DNA of 63,932 nucleotides, the filler included, from Octopus bimaculoides (lineage: Eukaryota): the NCBI RefSeq assembly GCF_001194135.2. It is 5 parts of 5 records of this genome, joined end to end, with 100 filler letters (N's around TTAATTAATTAA, not from the genome) between each part and the next. Parts side by side here need not be neighbours in the genome. Positions count along the whole stretch, not along the records: positions 38,256 to 56,088 come from NC_068981.1; positions 56,189 to 62,504 come from NC_069005.1; positions 62,605 to 63,932 come from NW_026414233.1; 2 more parts are not named here. One strand, given 5' to 3'. Made by a program: the position numbers and the translations under genes. Under the pieces are notes generated by a model. The model saw only the letters and a program-made list of their open reading frames with translations. It did no database searches and was not told the DNA's origin. Shown here in pieces: positions 50,920-63,199 of the stretch. Each line of letters begins with the position of its first letter. Position 1 is the first letter of the stretch.

Positions 50920-52300
50920 AATGTACCTAAAGCTTGTTAGCTGTTCTTACTGTCGAGCATCCTGCATGCAATTAACCAAGATAGAAGCAGTCTTGTAATT
51001 GCCAGCTAAAAACTTTCACATTTTATCACTGATTTGCCGACTGATATAGCAAAGCATGATTTTGTTGGAGATTACTCGCACTTCAACTGAAACAGTATCT
51101 TTGATGTTTGACGACATTAGGCAATAATGCATGTATTATTAATCAGGTAATAATGCAGAGCTTCAATTGAACACTATTTTATAGAAACATTCAAGGAGCT
51201 CCAACTTGGTGAGGAGACATTCCTGGAGGTTCTAAATAATTTAGAAACTCTGTATTATTGTTTACTTTATTTTCATCATTAACCGTATCAATTAATTTAT
51301 AAATAAAAGTTTTTGGTTGATAAATTTAACTATCACCGTTTTTTATGTCAATATTGCTTTTTCGCGCAAGCAAGTAAAATTTTTGTTGCGATATGTTATT
51401 AAATCCTTTTATTATTATATTAATTTCTTACTGCTTTGAACCACTGTACTGCCTGTTGTTATTATTAATAACTTTGTTATCAGAGTCGACAGGAAATTTC
51501 TTTTCCGCAAGCTGTAGCAAATTATGAACAAAAAGACCTAAATTGTGATCACCATATTGTTCGTATGCTAGCCGTGTTACTAACAAGATTGTTTAAGGCA
51601 TGCCTGAATTTCATCAGGTTTTATTCCGCTGGCAGAATCTGATGAACATTCCTTGGTAACACAACTGTTACACAGCTCGTGAACGTCTTCAGCTTTCTCA
51701 CATCTTGGTGAGTTTTGTTCAGGATCTGTAATGCATTTTTGTTGTACATTCGTCCAAGTCTATAAGTTTACATCCTTTAATAACTTCTTTCATGCTTGTA
51801 ATTTTTGTAATTTTTCCAAATAGCTTTGTTACGAGTAGTTAAATCCAGAGTGTGTTTGGAATCAGATTGAACTGTGCAACTTCATGCGGCAGGGACATCT
51901 AGCACTGCTGCAACACTTTAGTTGGCTTGTGAACTTAGTTCAGTAATAAATTTAAGAAAAAGGTTTTTTCCTAGTACCACCGGGAGCATCTCAAAAGTAG
52001 ATGCCACCATTCTGTTGCGACATATTCATTATACGCGAAAAAGTAGTTCTCTGATCAAGAAACAATCGGGGTTCATTTTCATTTGTATATTCAGTTAAGG
52101 AGACAAATTGGCAGCAAGATGGATGATCTGAGTGTTTTTATTTTGATCTTCAGATAAGCATTTGCCAGGAAAATTGTTTCTCTAAGTGTAATGGGGCGTT
52201 CTAGAGAAGCATGTTACAGTTTAACATTTTATTGAACAAATATAAAAGGGGCGTAGCTTATTACTGGGAAAAGCACCTTCTTTAAAGAAGGATATAACAA
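50920..52300 (-). pseudogene. Helitron Pif1-family helicase remnant
   Basis: NEPRLFLDQR...GGIYF*DAPGGT (Walker A region), QILP...KPDEIQACLKQS and YKLIDTVNDE...TEFLNYLEPPGMSPH...VGAP match Helitron helicase motifs. Heavily degraded. Confidence 0.82.
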
Positions 52301-52504
52301 TATTTATTTAACATAAAGAATAATATATTTCTTGTACTCTAATCTGATTGTCTGTATGAAACATACATACCACCTTGTTTTCACTCATTTTAAAGGAAGT
52401 TCTAAACTCAGTAATCGAAAGAAAACTTTAATGCCTTCGAGATTCATTTAATTTTATTATGCGCATTATTAGCAATAATAATTGTCAATTTACTCATTGA
52501 AAAA

Positions 52505-52715
52505 GGTAGCGAACTGACAGAAACGTTAGCACGCCGGGGTAAAATGCTTAGAGGCATTTCGCTTGTCTTTACTGTCTGAGTTCAAATTCCGCAGAGGTCT
52601 ACTTTGCCTTTCATCCTTTCGGGGTTGATAAAGTAAGTACCAGCACCGGGATTTATGTAATCGACTTGCTGCCTACCTCGAAATTGTTGGCCCTATGCCA
52701 AAATTTAAGCTAATT
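52505..52715 (+). mobile_element. SINE family B
   Basis: ggtagcgaactgacagaaacgttagcacgccgggg...ctttgcctttcatcctttcggggttgataaagtaagtaccag. Confidence 0.85.
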
Positions 52716-54418
52716 TACCCATTGATTATTGCACAATTACCCAATATTGCACAAAATACAAAATAAGTAGAATTATTAATTTCTTTTTGTAAAATATTGC
52801 TTATTATGAAGTAATTTTAAAATTTATAAATTCAACGGGGTTTTTTTTGAGCGAGCAAACGTCCATTGTCTTTAATANNNNNNNNNNNNNNNNNNNNNNN
52901 NNNNNNNNNNNNNNNNNNNNNNNNNNNNNNNNNNNNNNNNNNNNNNNNNNNNNNNNNNNNNNNNNNNNNNNNNNNNNTATATATGCATACGTGTGTGTGT
53001 GTGTGTGTGTGCGTGCGTGTGCATGTGTGTGCGTGTGTGTGTACGTGTGTGTGTATACATGTATATATGTAGGTATGTATGTATATGTGTATGTATATGT
53101 ATATAAAACGTTACGTTACTTTAATTTTATTGCAAATCTCGTTATTGGTTTTAACTTTTCCTCTTTCCAAGGTCGATAGAATATTATGAAATAGACAATA
53201 CTTCTCTTAAATATTAATTCTTGTTCGTTTATAATGTAGCAAACGAAAATATTCGATTTGAAGACATGTTTAAATATCTTTTATTGAAAATATTACAAAA
53301 AGTAAATGAAATATATTAAAACCTTTTACTCGAATCCTTTAGGAAAATAATTATCTTAGGATATTACCCCGCAGTCTGCCTCCATTTCTTACGTGCTAAT
53401 CATTCATTGATAATTGCTATCCATTGTGAGATGTTCAGTATCGTTAATGGTTGGTTAATTTTAGTTTCAAAAGAGTTGTTTGGATTCTTTCTGGCCAGTT
53501 CTTATTTGATACTTTTTTTTATCTATTCTTGTGACTGGGGACACGAAAATCATTTGTTTGTGATTTTAACGTATCAATTCAATTCAATGGTTAGAATAGT
53601 AGAAATAGTGTAGCAAAGGTAGATTACCGAATGTAGCCGGTTAATCCACGACTAATCCATGGCACATTGAAGACATTCCATGTAAATGCCCATCATTGAA
53701 TAATACATAACAATAAATAACAATAAAGGAACAATGTGAACATGTAAGCAAGAGACCGAGAAAGCTAAACCGATGTTTTCATATCTGATATCTAATGATG
53801 GAATAACTTTGTTTTTCTAGATATGATCAAAGGAATTCAGTTGATTTGTTCCAAAGTAATATCCGTGACAAATATTTGGGAGATTACGTACATTACTTTT
53901 AAGCCTATGCCTTAAAACTAGATCTTAGATATTTTAAACGGGTTCTTTAGTGATATTCTTTGTGTCAGCGAAAATTACACAATCGTCAGCTTGTAAAAGA
54001 TCAGTAATATATTTAATATGATTAAAGTCTGTTCAGAGTAAAGCAATTCCTGTATTATCGCATAGATAACTTTATTGAATAGCATAGAAGAGTGTATAAA
54101 CTTTGTCTAGCTCAGTCGAATTATTAAATAGCACGGATATTTGATCATGTAATTTTGACTGCACGTGCTCAGCTGTCATACACTTAGTGTAGTAACCGGA
54201 GATGCGCCCTTGATAAGTCTTCAGCTTCAAGAGATTTCATGAAATAAAATGCCCAAAGCATTTGTTTGGTTGGTCACTAAAATGTTAATACATATAATTT
54301 TTTAACAAAAAACAAAATAACAAAAAACAAATAAAAGTAGACAATCACAAACGAAAAATACAAATGTGATTGTAAAAGAAAAAGAAAAAGAATACGAATA
54401 CAAATGAAAATATGAATA

Positions 54419-54806
54419 CAGGAGTGGCTGTGTGGTAAGTAGCTTGCTTTCCAGCCACATGGTTCCGGGTTCAGTCCTTGGGCAAGTGTCTTCTGCTAAA
54501 GCCTCGGGCCGACCAAAGCTTTGTGAGTGGATTTGGTAGACGGAAACTGAAAGAAGCCCATCGTATATATGTATATATATATATATATATGTATGTGTGT
54601 ATATGTTGTGTATCTGTGTTTGTCCCCCCAACATCGCTTGACAACCGATGCTGGTGTGTTTACGTCCCCGTAACATAGCGGTTCGGCAAAAGCGACCGAT
54701 AGAATAAGTACTAGGCTTACAAAGAATAAGTCCTGGGATCGATTTGATTCGACAGCATGGACGCAGTCAAATGACTGAAACAAAGAAAAGAATAAAGAAA
54801 AGAATA
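54419..54806 (+). mobile_element. Near full-length SINE family A
   Basis: Matches 14596-15000 with small deletions. Confidence 0.9.
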
Positions 54807-55898
54807 CAAATACAGACATACCTCAACTTACGTCGTTTCGAATTATATCTTTTTCAACTTTATGTCTTTTTTAATGAAATTAACGGAAAGAAAATAAACC
54901 TCTAATTCAATATATTTATCTGACTTAACTCCGATCTTAACAAACATATTTCAAAGCATAAAAAATAAAAAAATTAGAACACTTAAAATCCAATACTGAA
55001 GTGGAAAATCAAATAAAATACATTTGGAAATATGTACGAACCGTTTATTAGAATACATTCAAAACAGATATAAGCTTACAAGGTTTTTAAAATGGTTTAT
55101 CGTGTTACGTCTTTTTTTAATTTTTTTCGAATTAAGTCGCATGTTTTGGAACCAATTACGGGCGTAAGTTGAGGTATGGCCTGTATAAAGATACAAAGAG
55201 AAATAAAACATGATCTCCCAATAAAAATACGAATACAAGATTACGAACGCAAATATGAACACGAATACAAAAGGAAATTGCTAGAAACTTGGAAAAGAAA
55301 AGTGTCATTTCGTTATAACCACAAGGGACATAAAAGAAAACAAAAAAAAAAAAAGCGAACAAATTCAAATAGAATCCACCCATTACCCACAGCCCAAAAC
55401 ACAAGCAACGCTCATAACACGGCGTATTACTGCCTCTGCGTGTATGTGTTTGTGTTTGTACTTGAGTTTGTGTGTTTAATGTATCGCATTCTCTTGTGTA
55501 TATAGGCATTATTGAACTTAACATGATATTTAAGTGTTCAGTTTTCCGCCGCAAGCTGAGTTCCAACAGACTGTGACAAGTTTAATCCTTCCTTCCTCAT
55601 TCCGCTTTCCTTCTTCTTCCACCACCCATCATCTTATTAAGATCACTCCCACCCGTCGCCACTGCTGTCTCCTCTTCTGTATTAAAGAGTGAGAGCTTTA
55701 TTCTGGAGATTTTCTGTAATTTATACACATGCATCTTACATAAAAGATGTATGAATTGTTAGCCAAATAGGATTCAGCATTTCATCGACACACACACAAT
55801 TTCTAACCATTTCTCTTCCCTCCATGTTAGTGTGTGCGCGCGTGTGTATATGTATGTATATGAAATAGAATATATATATATATATATATATGTATATA

Positions 55899-56088
55899 GG
55901 CGTGGGAGTGGCTGTGAGGTAAGTTGCTTGCTTACCAACCACAGTGTTCTAGGTTCAGTCCCACTGCGTGGCACCTTGGGCAAGTGTCTTCTACTATAGC
56001 CTCGGGCCGACCTAAGCCTTGTGAGTGGATTTGGTAGACGGAAACTGAAAGAAGCCCGTCGTATATATGTACTTATATGTATGTATGT
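55899..56088 (+). mobile_element. 5' half of SINE family A, cut at the scaffold end
   Basis: Head and core are present. The sequence ends in the internal TA/TG tract at the linker. Confidence 0.9.
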
Positions 56089-56188
56089 NNNNNNNNNNNN
56101 NNNNNNNNNNNNNNNNNNNNNNNNNNNNNNNNTTAATTAATTAANNNNNNNNNNNNNNNNNNNNNNNNNNNNNNNNNNNNNNNNNNNN

Positions 56189-59100
56189 AAGTACGTACGC
56201 ACAAATGAACAAACGAACGTACATACGTACGTAACTACGAACGAACGAACGAACTAACGTAAGACTGAACCAACGAATGAAAAAACGAACGTACGTACGT
56301 ACGTAACTACGAACGAACGAACGAACTAACGTAAGAATGAACCAACGAATGAAAAAGGAACGTACATTCGAACGAACGAATGTGCGTACGTACGAACGAA
56401 TGAGCGAACGATCGAAGGAACGAACGAAAGGACGAACGTACGTACGCACAATCGTACGTACGCATGAACAATCGAACGATCGAACGAACGAACGTACGTA
56501 CGTACGACGTGCGACGTACGACGTACGACGTGCGTACGTACGCACGTACCTGCGTACCAACGTGTGTTCGTACGTACATGCGTACGTACGAACTAACGAA
56601 CGATCCTACGTACGTAGATATGTACGTACGAACGAACGAACGATCGTATGTGAGTACGTACGTAAGTACATACGCACAAATGAACAAACGAACGTACATA
56701 CGTACGTAACTACGAACGAACGAACGAACTAAAGTAAGAATGAACCAACGATTGAAAAAACGAACGTACATACGTGCGTAACTACGAACGAACGAACGAA
56801 ATAACGTAAGAATGAACCAACGAATGCAAAAACGAACGTACATACGAACGAACGAACGTGCGTACGTACGAACGAATGAACGTACGAAAGTACGTACGTA
56901 CGTACGTACGAACGAACGAAAGTACGTATATACGTTCGAAGGAACGAACGAACGTACGTGCGTACGAAAGAATTAAAGAACAAACGTACCTACGAACGAA
57001 CGGACGAACGAACGAACGTACGTACGTACCTACGTATGTACGAATGAAAGAACGAACGAACGAATGTACGTACGAACGATCGAACGATCTAACGAAAGAA
57101 CGATGTGCGTACGTACGTACCTGCGTACCAACGTGTGTAGTACGTACATGCGTACATACGAACAAACGAACCAACGTACGTACGTAGATAAATACGTACG
57201 AACGAACGAACGATCGTACGTAAGTACGTACCTAAGTATGTACGCACGAATAAACGAACGAACGTACATACGTACGTACCTACGAACGAACGAACGAACT
57301 AACGAAAGAATGAACCAACGAATGAACAAACCAACGTACGTACGTTGGAACAAATGTGCGTACGTACGAACGATTGAACGAACGAAAGNNNNNNNNNNNN
57401 NNNNNNNNNNNNNNNNNNNNNNNNNNNNNNNNNNNNNNNNNNNNNNNNNNNNNNNNNNNNNNNNNNNNNNNNNNNNNNNNNNNNNNNNNNNNNNNNNNNN
57501 NNNNNNNNNNNNNNNNNNNNNNNNNNNNNNNNNNNNNNNNNNNNNNNNNNNNNNNNNNNNNNNNNNNNNNNNNNNNNNNNNNNNNNNNNNNNNNNNNNNN
57601 NNNNNNNNNNNNNNNNNNNNNNNNNNNNNNNNNNNNNNNNNNNNNNNNNNNNNNNNNNNNNNNNNNNNNNNNNNNNNNNNNNNNNNNNNNNNNNNNNNNN
57701 NNNNNNNNNNNNNNNNNNNNNNNNNNNNNNNNNNNNNNNNNNNNNNNNNNNNNNNNNNNNNNNNNNNNNNNNNNNNNNNNNNNNNNNNNNNNNNNNNNNN
57801 NNNNNNNNNNNNNNNNNNNNNNNNNNNNNNNNNNNNNNNNNNNNNNNNNNNNNNNNNNNNNNNNNNNNNNNNNNNNNNNNNNNNNNNNNNNNNNNNNNNN
57901 NNNNNNNNNNNNNNNNNNNNNNNNNNNNNNNNNNNNNNNNNNNNNNNNNNNNNNNNNNNNNNNNNNNNNNNNNNNNNNNNNNNNNNNNNNNNNNNNNNNN
58001 NNNNNNNNNNNNNNNNNNNNNNNNNNNNNNNNNNNNNNNNNNNNNNNNNNNNNNNNNNNNNNNNNNNNNNNNNNNNNNNNNNNNNNNNNNNNNNNNNNNN
58101 ACGTACGAAAGTACGTACGTACGTACGTACGAACGAACGAAAGTACGTATATACGTTCGAAGGAACGAACGAACGTACGTGCGTACGAAAGAATTAAAGA
58201 ACAAACGTACCTACGAACGAACGGACGAACGAACGAACGTACGTACGTACCTACGTATGTACGAATGAAAGAACGAACGAACGAATGTACGTACGAACGA
58301 TCGAACGATCTAACGAAAGAACGATGTGCGTACGTACGTACCTGCGTACCAACGTGTGTAGTACGTACATGCGTACATACGAACAAACGAACCAACGTAC
58401 GTACGTAGATAAATACGTACGAACGAACGAACGATCGTACGTAAGTACGTACCTAAGTATGTACGCACGAATAAACGAACGAACGTACATACGTACGTAC
58501 CTACGAACGAACGAACGAACTAACGAAAGAATGAACCAACGAATGAACAAACCAACGTACGTACGTTGGAACAAATGTGCGTACGTACGAACGATTGAAC
58601 GAACGAAAGAACGTATGTACGTACGAACGAACGAACGAACGTGCGTTCGTAAATACATACGAACGAACGAGCGAACTCACGAACGAAAAAACGAACGAAC
58701 GATCGAACGAAAAAATTAACGAACAAACATTCGTAAGAACGAACGGACGAACGAACGAACGTACGTACGTACGTACGTATGTACGAATGAACGAATGAAC
58801 GAACAAACGAACAACCGAACGATCGAAGGAACTAACGAAAGAACGAATGGATGTACGTACGTACGAACAATCGTACGTACGCATGAACAATCGAACGATC
58901 GAACGAACGAACGTACGTACGAACAAACGAACGATCTAACGAAAGAACGAAAGAACTAACGAAGCTACGTACATACGTACGTACGAACGACCGAACGAAC
59001 GAACGTANNNNNNNNNNNNNNNNNNNNNNNNNNNNNNNNNNNNNNNNNNNNNNNNNNNNNNNNNNNNNNNNNNNNNNNNNNNNNNNNNNNNNNNNNNNNN

Positions 59101-62100
59101 NNNNNNNNNNNNNNNNNNNNNNNNNNNNNNNNNNNNNNNNNNNNNNNNNNNNNNNNNNNNNNNNNNNNNNNNNNNNNNNNNNNNNNNNNNNNNNNNNNNN
59201 NNNNNNNNNNNNNNNNNNNNNNNNNNNNNNNNNNNNNNNNNNNNNNNNNNNNNNNNNNNNNNNNNNNNNNNNNNNNNNNNNNNNNNNNNNNNNNNNNNNN
59301 NNNNNNNNNNNNNNNNNNNNNNNNNNNNNNNNNNNNNNNNNNNNNNNNNNNNNNNNNNNNNNNNNNNNNNNNNNNNNNNNNNNNNNNNNNNNNNNNNNNN
59401 NNNNNNNNNNNNNNNNNNNNNNNNNNNNNNNNNNNNNNNNNNNNNNNNNNNNNNNNNNNNNNNNNNNNNNNNNNNNNNNNNNNNNNNNNNNNNNNNNNNN
59501 NNNNNNNNNNNNNNNNNNNNNNNNNNNNNNNNNNNNNNNNNNNNNNNNNNNNNNNNNNNNNNNNNNNNNNNNNNNNNNNNNNNNNNNNNNNNNNNNNNNN
59601 NNNNNNNNNNNNNNNNNNNNNNNNNNNNNNNNNNNNNNNNNNNNNNNNNNNNNNNNNNNNNNNNNNNNNNNNNNNNNNNNNNNNNNNNNNNNNNNNNNNN
59701 NNNNNNNNNNNNNNNNNNNNNNNNNNNNNNNNNNNNNNNNNNNNNNNNNNNNNNNNNNNNNNNNNNNNNNNNNNNNNNNNNNNNNNNNNNNNNNNNNNNN
59801 NNNNNNNNNNNNNNNNNNNNNNNNNNNNNNNNNNNNNNNNNNNNNNNNNNNNNNNNNNNNNNNNNNNNNNNNNNNNNNNNNNNNNNNNNNNNNNNNNNNN
59901 NNNNNNNNNNNNNNNNNNNNNNNNNNNNNNNNNNNNNNTAAAGAACGAAATAAAGAAAAACCGAACGTACATACGTACGTAAATACATACAAACGAACGA
60001 ACGAACTTACGTTCGAACGAACAGACGTACGAAAGAACGTACGTTCGTTCCTTCGATCGTTCCGTCGTTCGTCCGTTCGTTCGTTCGTTCGTTCGTCTGT
60101 TCGTTCGGACGTAAGTTCGCTCGTTAGTTCGTACGTATTTACGTTCGTTTTTTCTTTATTTCGTTTGTTCTTTCTTTCGTTCGTACGCGTGTTCGTTCGT
60201 TCCTCGAAAGAATTAAAGAACGAAAGAAGGAACGATCGTTAGAACAAACGATTTAACAAACAAATGTAGGTACATACGTACGAACGAACGAACGAACGAA
60301 CAGCCGTACGTACGAAGGAACAAACGAACGAACGAACGTACGTACGTATGTACGAATGAACGTACGAACGAATGAACGACCGAACGATCGAAGGAACGAA
60401 CGATCGAACGAACGAACGTACTTACAAACGAACGAACGATCCAACGAAGTTACGAAAGAACTAACGAAGGTACGTACATACGTACGTACGAACGACCGAA
60501 CGAACGAACGTACGTACGTACGACGTGCGAGGTACGACGTGCGTACGTATCTGCGTACCAACGTGTGTACGTACGTACATGCGTACTTACGAACTAATGA
60601 ACGATCGTACGTACGTAGATATGTACGTACGAACGAACGAACGATCGTATGTGAGTACGTACCTAAGTACGTACGCACAAATGAACAAACGAACGTACAT
60701 TCGTACGTAACTACGAACGAACGAACGAACGAACTAACGTAAGAATGAACCAACGAATGAAAAGACGAACGTACATACGAACGTAAGTACGAACGAACGA
60801 ACGAAATAACGTAAGAATGAACCAACGAATGAAAAAACGAACGTACATACGAACGAACGAACGTGCGTACGTACGAACGAATGAACGAACGAAAGTACGT
60901 ACGTACGTACGAACGAACGAAAGTACGTATATACNNNNNNNNNNNNNNNNNNNNNNNNNNNNNNNNNNNNNNNNNNNNNNNNNNNNNNNNNNNNNNNNNN
61001 NNNNNNNNNNNNNNNNNNNNNNNNNNNNNNNNNNNNNNNNNNNNNNNNNNNNNNNNNNNNNNNNNNNNNNNNNNNNNNNNNNNNNNNNNNNNNNNNNNNN
61101 NNNNNNNNNNNNNNNNNNNNNNNNNNNNNNNNNNNNNNNNNNNNNNNNNNNNNNNNNNNNNNNNNNNNNNNNNNNNNNNNNNNNNNNNNNNNNNNNNNNN
61201 NNNNNNNNNNNNNNNNNNNNNNNNNNNNNNNNNNNNNNNNNNNNNNNNNNNNNNNNNNNNNNNNNNNNNNNNNNNNNNNNNNNNNNNNNNNNNNNNNNNN
61301 NNNNNNNNNNNNNNNNNNNNNNNNNNNNNNNNNNNNNNNNNNNNNNNNNNNNNNNNNNNNNNNNNNNNNNNNNNNNNNNNNNNNNNNNNNNNNNNNNNNN
61401 NNNNNNNNNNNNNNNNNNNNNNNNNNNNNNNNNNNNNNNNNNNNNNNNNNNNNNNNNNNNNNNNNNNNNNNNNNNNNNNNNNNNNNNNNNNNNNNNNNNN
61501 NNNNNNNNNNNNNNNNNNNNNNNNNNNNNNNNNNNNNNNNNNNNNNNNNNNNNNNNNNNNNNNNNNNNNNNNNNNNNNNNNNNNNNNNNNNNNNNNNNNN
61601 NNNNNNNNNNNNNNNNNNNNNNNNNNNNNNNNNNNNNNNNNNNNNNNNNNNNNNNNNNNNNNNNNNNNNNNNNNNNNNNNNNNNNNNNNNNNNNNNNNNN
61701 NNNNNNNNNNNNCCAACGAAAAAATTAACGAACAAACGTTCGTAAGAACGAACGGACGGACGAACGTACGTACGTACGTACGTATGTACGAATGAACGAA
61801 CGAACGAACGAACGACCGAACGATCGAAGCAACGAACGAAAGAACGTACGTACGTACGTACGTACATACGAACACTCGTACGTACGCATGAACAATCGAA
61901 CGATCGAAAGAACGAACGTACGTACGAACGAACAAACGATCTAACGAAAGAACGAAAGAACTAACGAAGGTACGTACATACGTACGTACGAAGGACCGAA
62001 CGAACGAACGTACGTACGTACGACGTGCGACGTACGCCGTACAACGTGCGTACGTACGTACGTACCTGCGTACCAACGTGTGTACGTAAGTACATGCGTA

Positions 62101-62504
62101 CGTACGAACTAACGAACGATCGTACGTACGTAGATATGTACGTACGAACGAACGAACGATCGTATGTGAGTACCTACGTGAGTACGTACGCACAAATGAA
62201 CAAAAGAACGTACATACGTACGTAACTACGCACGAACGAACGAACTAACGTAAGAATGAACCAACGAATGAAAAAACGAACGTACATACGTACGTAACTA
62301 CGAACGAACGAAAGAAATAACGTAAGAATGAACCAACGAATGAAAAAACGAACGTACATACGAACGAACGAATGTGCGTACGTACGAACGAATGACCGAA
62401 CGAAAGTACGTACGTACGTACGTACGAACGAACGAAAGTACGTATATACGTTCGAAGGAACGAACGAACGTACGTGCGTACGAGCGAATTAAAGAACAAA
62501 CGAA
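56189..62504. repeat. Complex CpG-rich satellite built from GAAC/GTAC tetramers, with 72-bp sub-repeat and about 1.5-kb higher-order repeat
   Basis: gtaagaatgaaccaacgaatg occurs in pairs 72 bp apart (56259/56331, 56734/56806, 60739/60811, 62250/62322). Landmark words recur about 1500-1510 bp apart (60521/62021, 60739/62250). Confidence 0.93.
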
Positions 62505-63199
62505 NNNNNNNNNNNNNNNNNNNNNNNNNNNNNNNNNNNNNNNNNNNNTTAATTAATTAANNNNNNNNNNNNNNNNNNNNNNNNNNNNNNNNNNNNNNNN
62601 NNNNTACATTGAAAAGAAATATATCAGGTTACCAAACAAAATCACTCGGCCAAAATGCAAAAATGATAATAATTGTTTAAACAATAGTAAACTTCTTTCC
62701 GTGAAGAGACTGTGAACAATAACAAACACAACAATAACAAACTTCCACCACTACATGGACATGTGGTAACTACTTAGGATCCTACAAAAACAAAGGAGGA
62801 ATATAAAATACTAAGATCGCAGCTTGCATCGAAGTTTAAGCAGAAGTTCACTACTTTTATATAAATAAGGCACTACATGAGAGAGAAAAATACCGATATG
62901 GCTGGGGAAAAAAAAAACCCCACTGGACCTGATGTTATCCGTGATCGACGAAATTGCAAGAGAATGAGCAGTTCAAATCCAAACTCCCAACTTTTGGACA
63001 TTAAAAGTCCTGTTATATTGAGCCACGGTAACTGTGCACCAACAGATGGGAGCAAGAGAGACCGATCCAAGGGATAATACAGAGCCAAAATGGATTACCT
63101 CTCTCTCCAACAAACATCAATGGATTCAGGAAAAAGATAGAACAATTGGACATTATGATGAAATGCAAGGCTAAAAATGAATTCACCAGCTAAGACTGA

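Noticed and set aside
56881-58610. Apparently identical ~500-bp blocks 1221 bp apart in the satellite
   Set aside because: They straddle an N gap and look identical while other HOR copies differ. I treated this as a probable contig-overlap artefact and did not use it for the HOR period.
56141-62556. Long RTNE/RTYV/FVRS-repeat ORFs (up to 646 aa)
   Set aside because: These are translations of the GAAC/GTAC satellite and of N gaps. The tetramers rarely make stops, and there is no coding signal.
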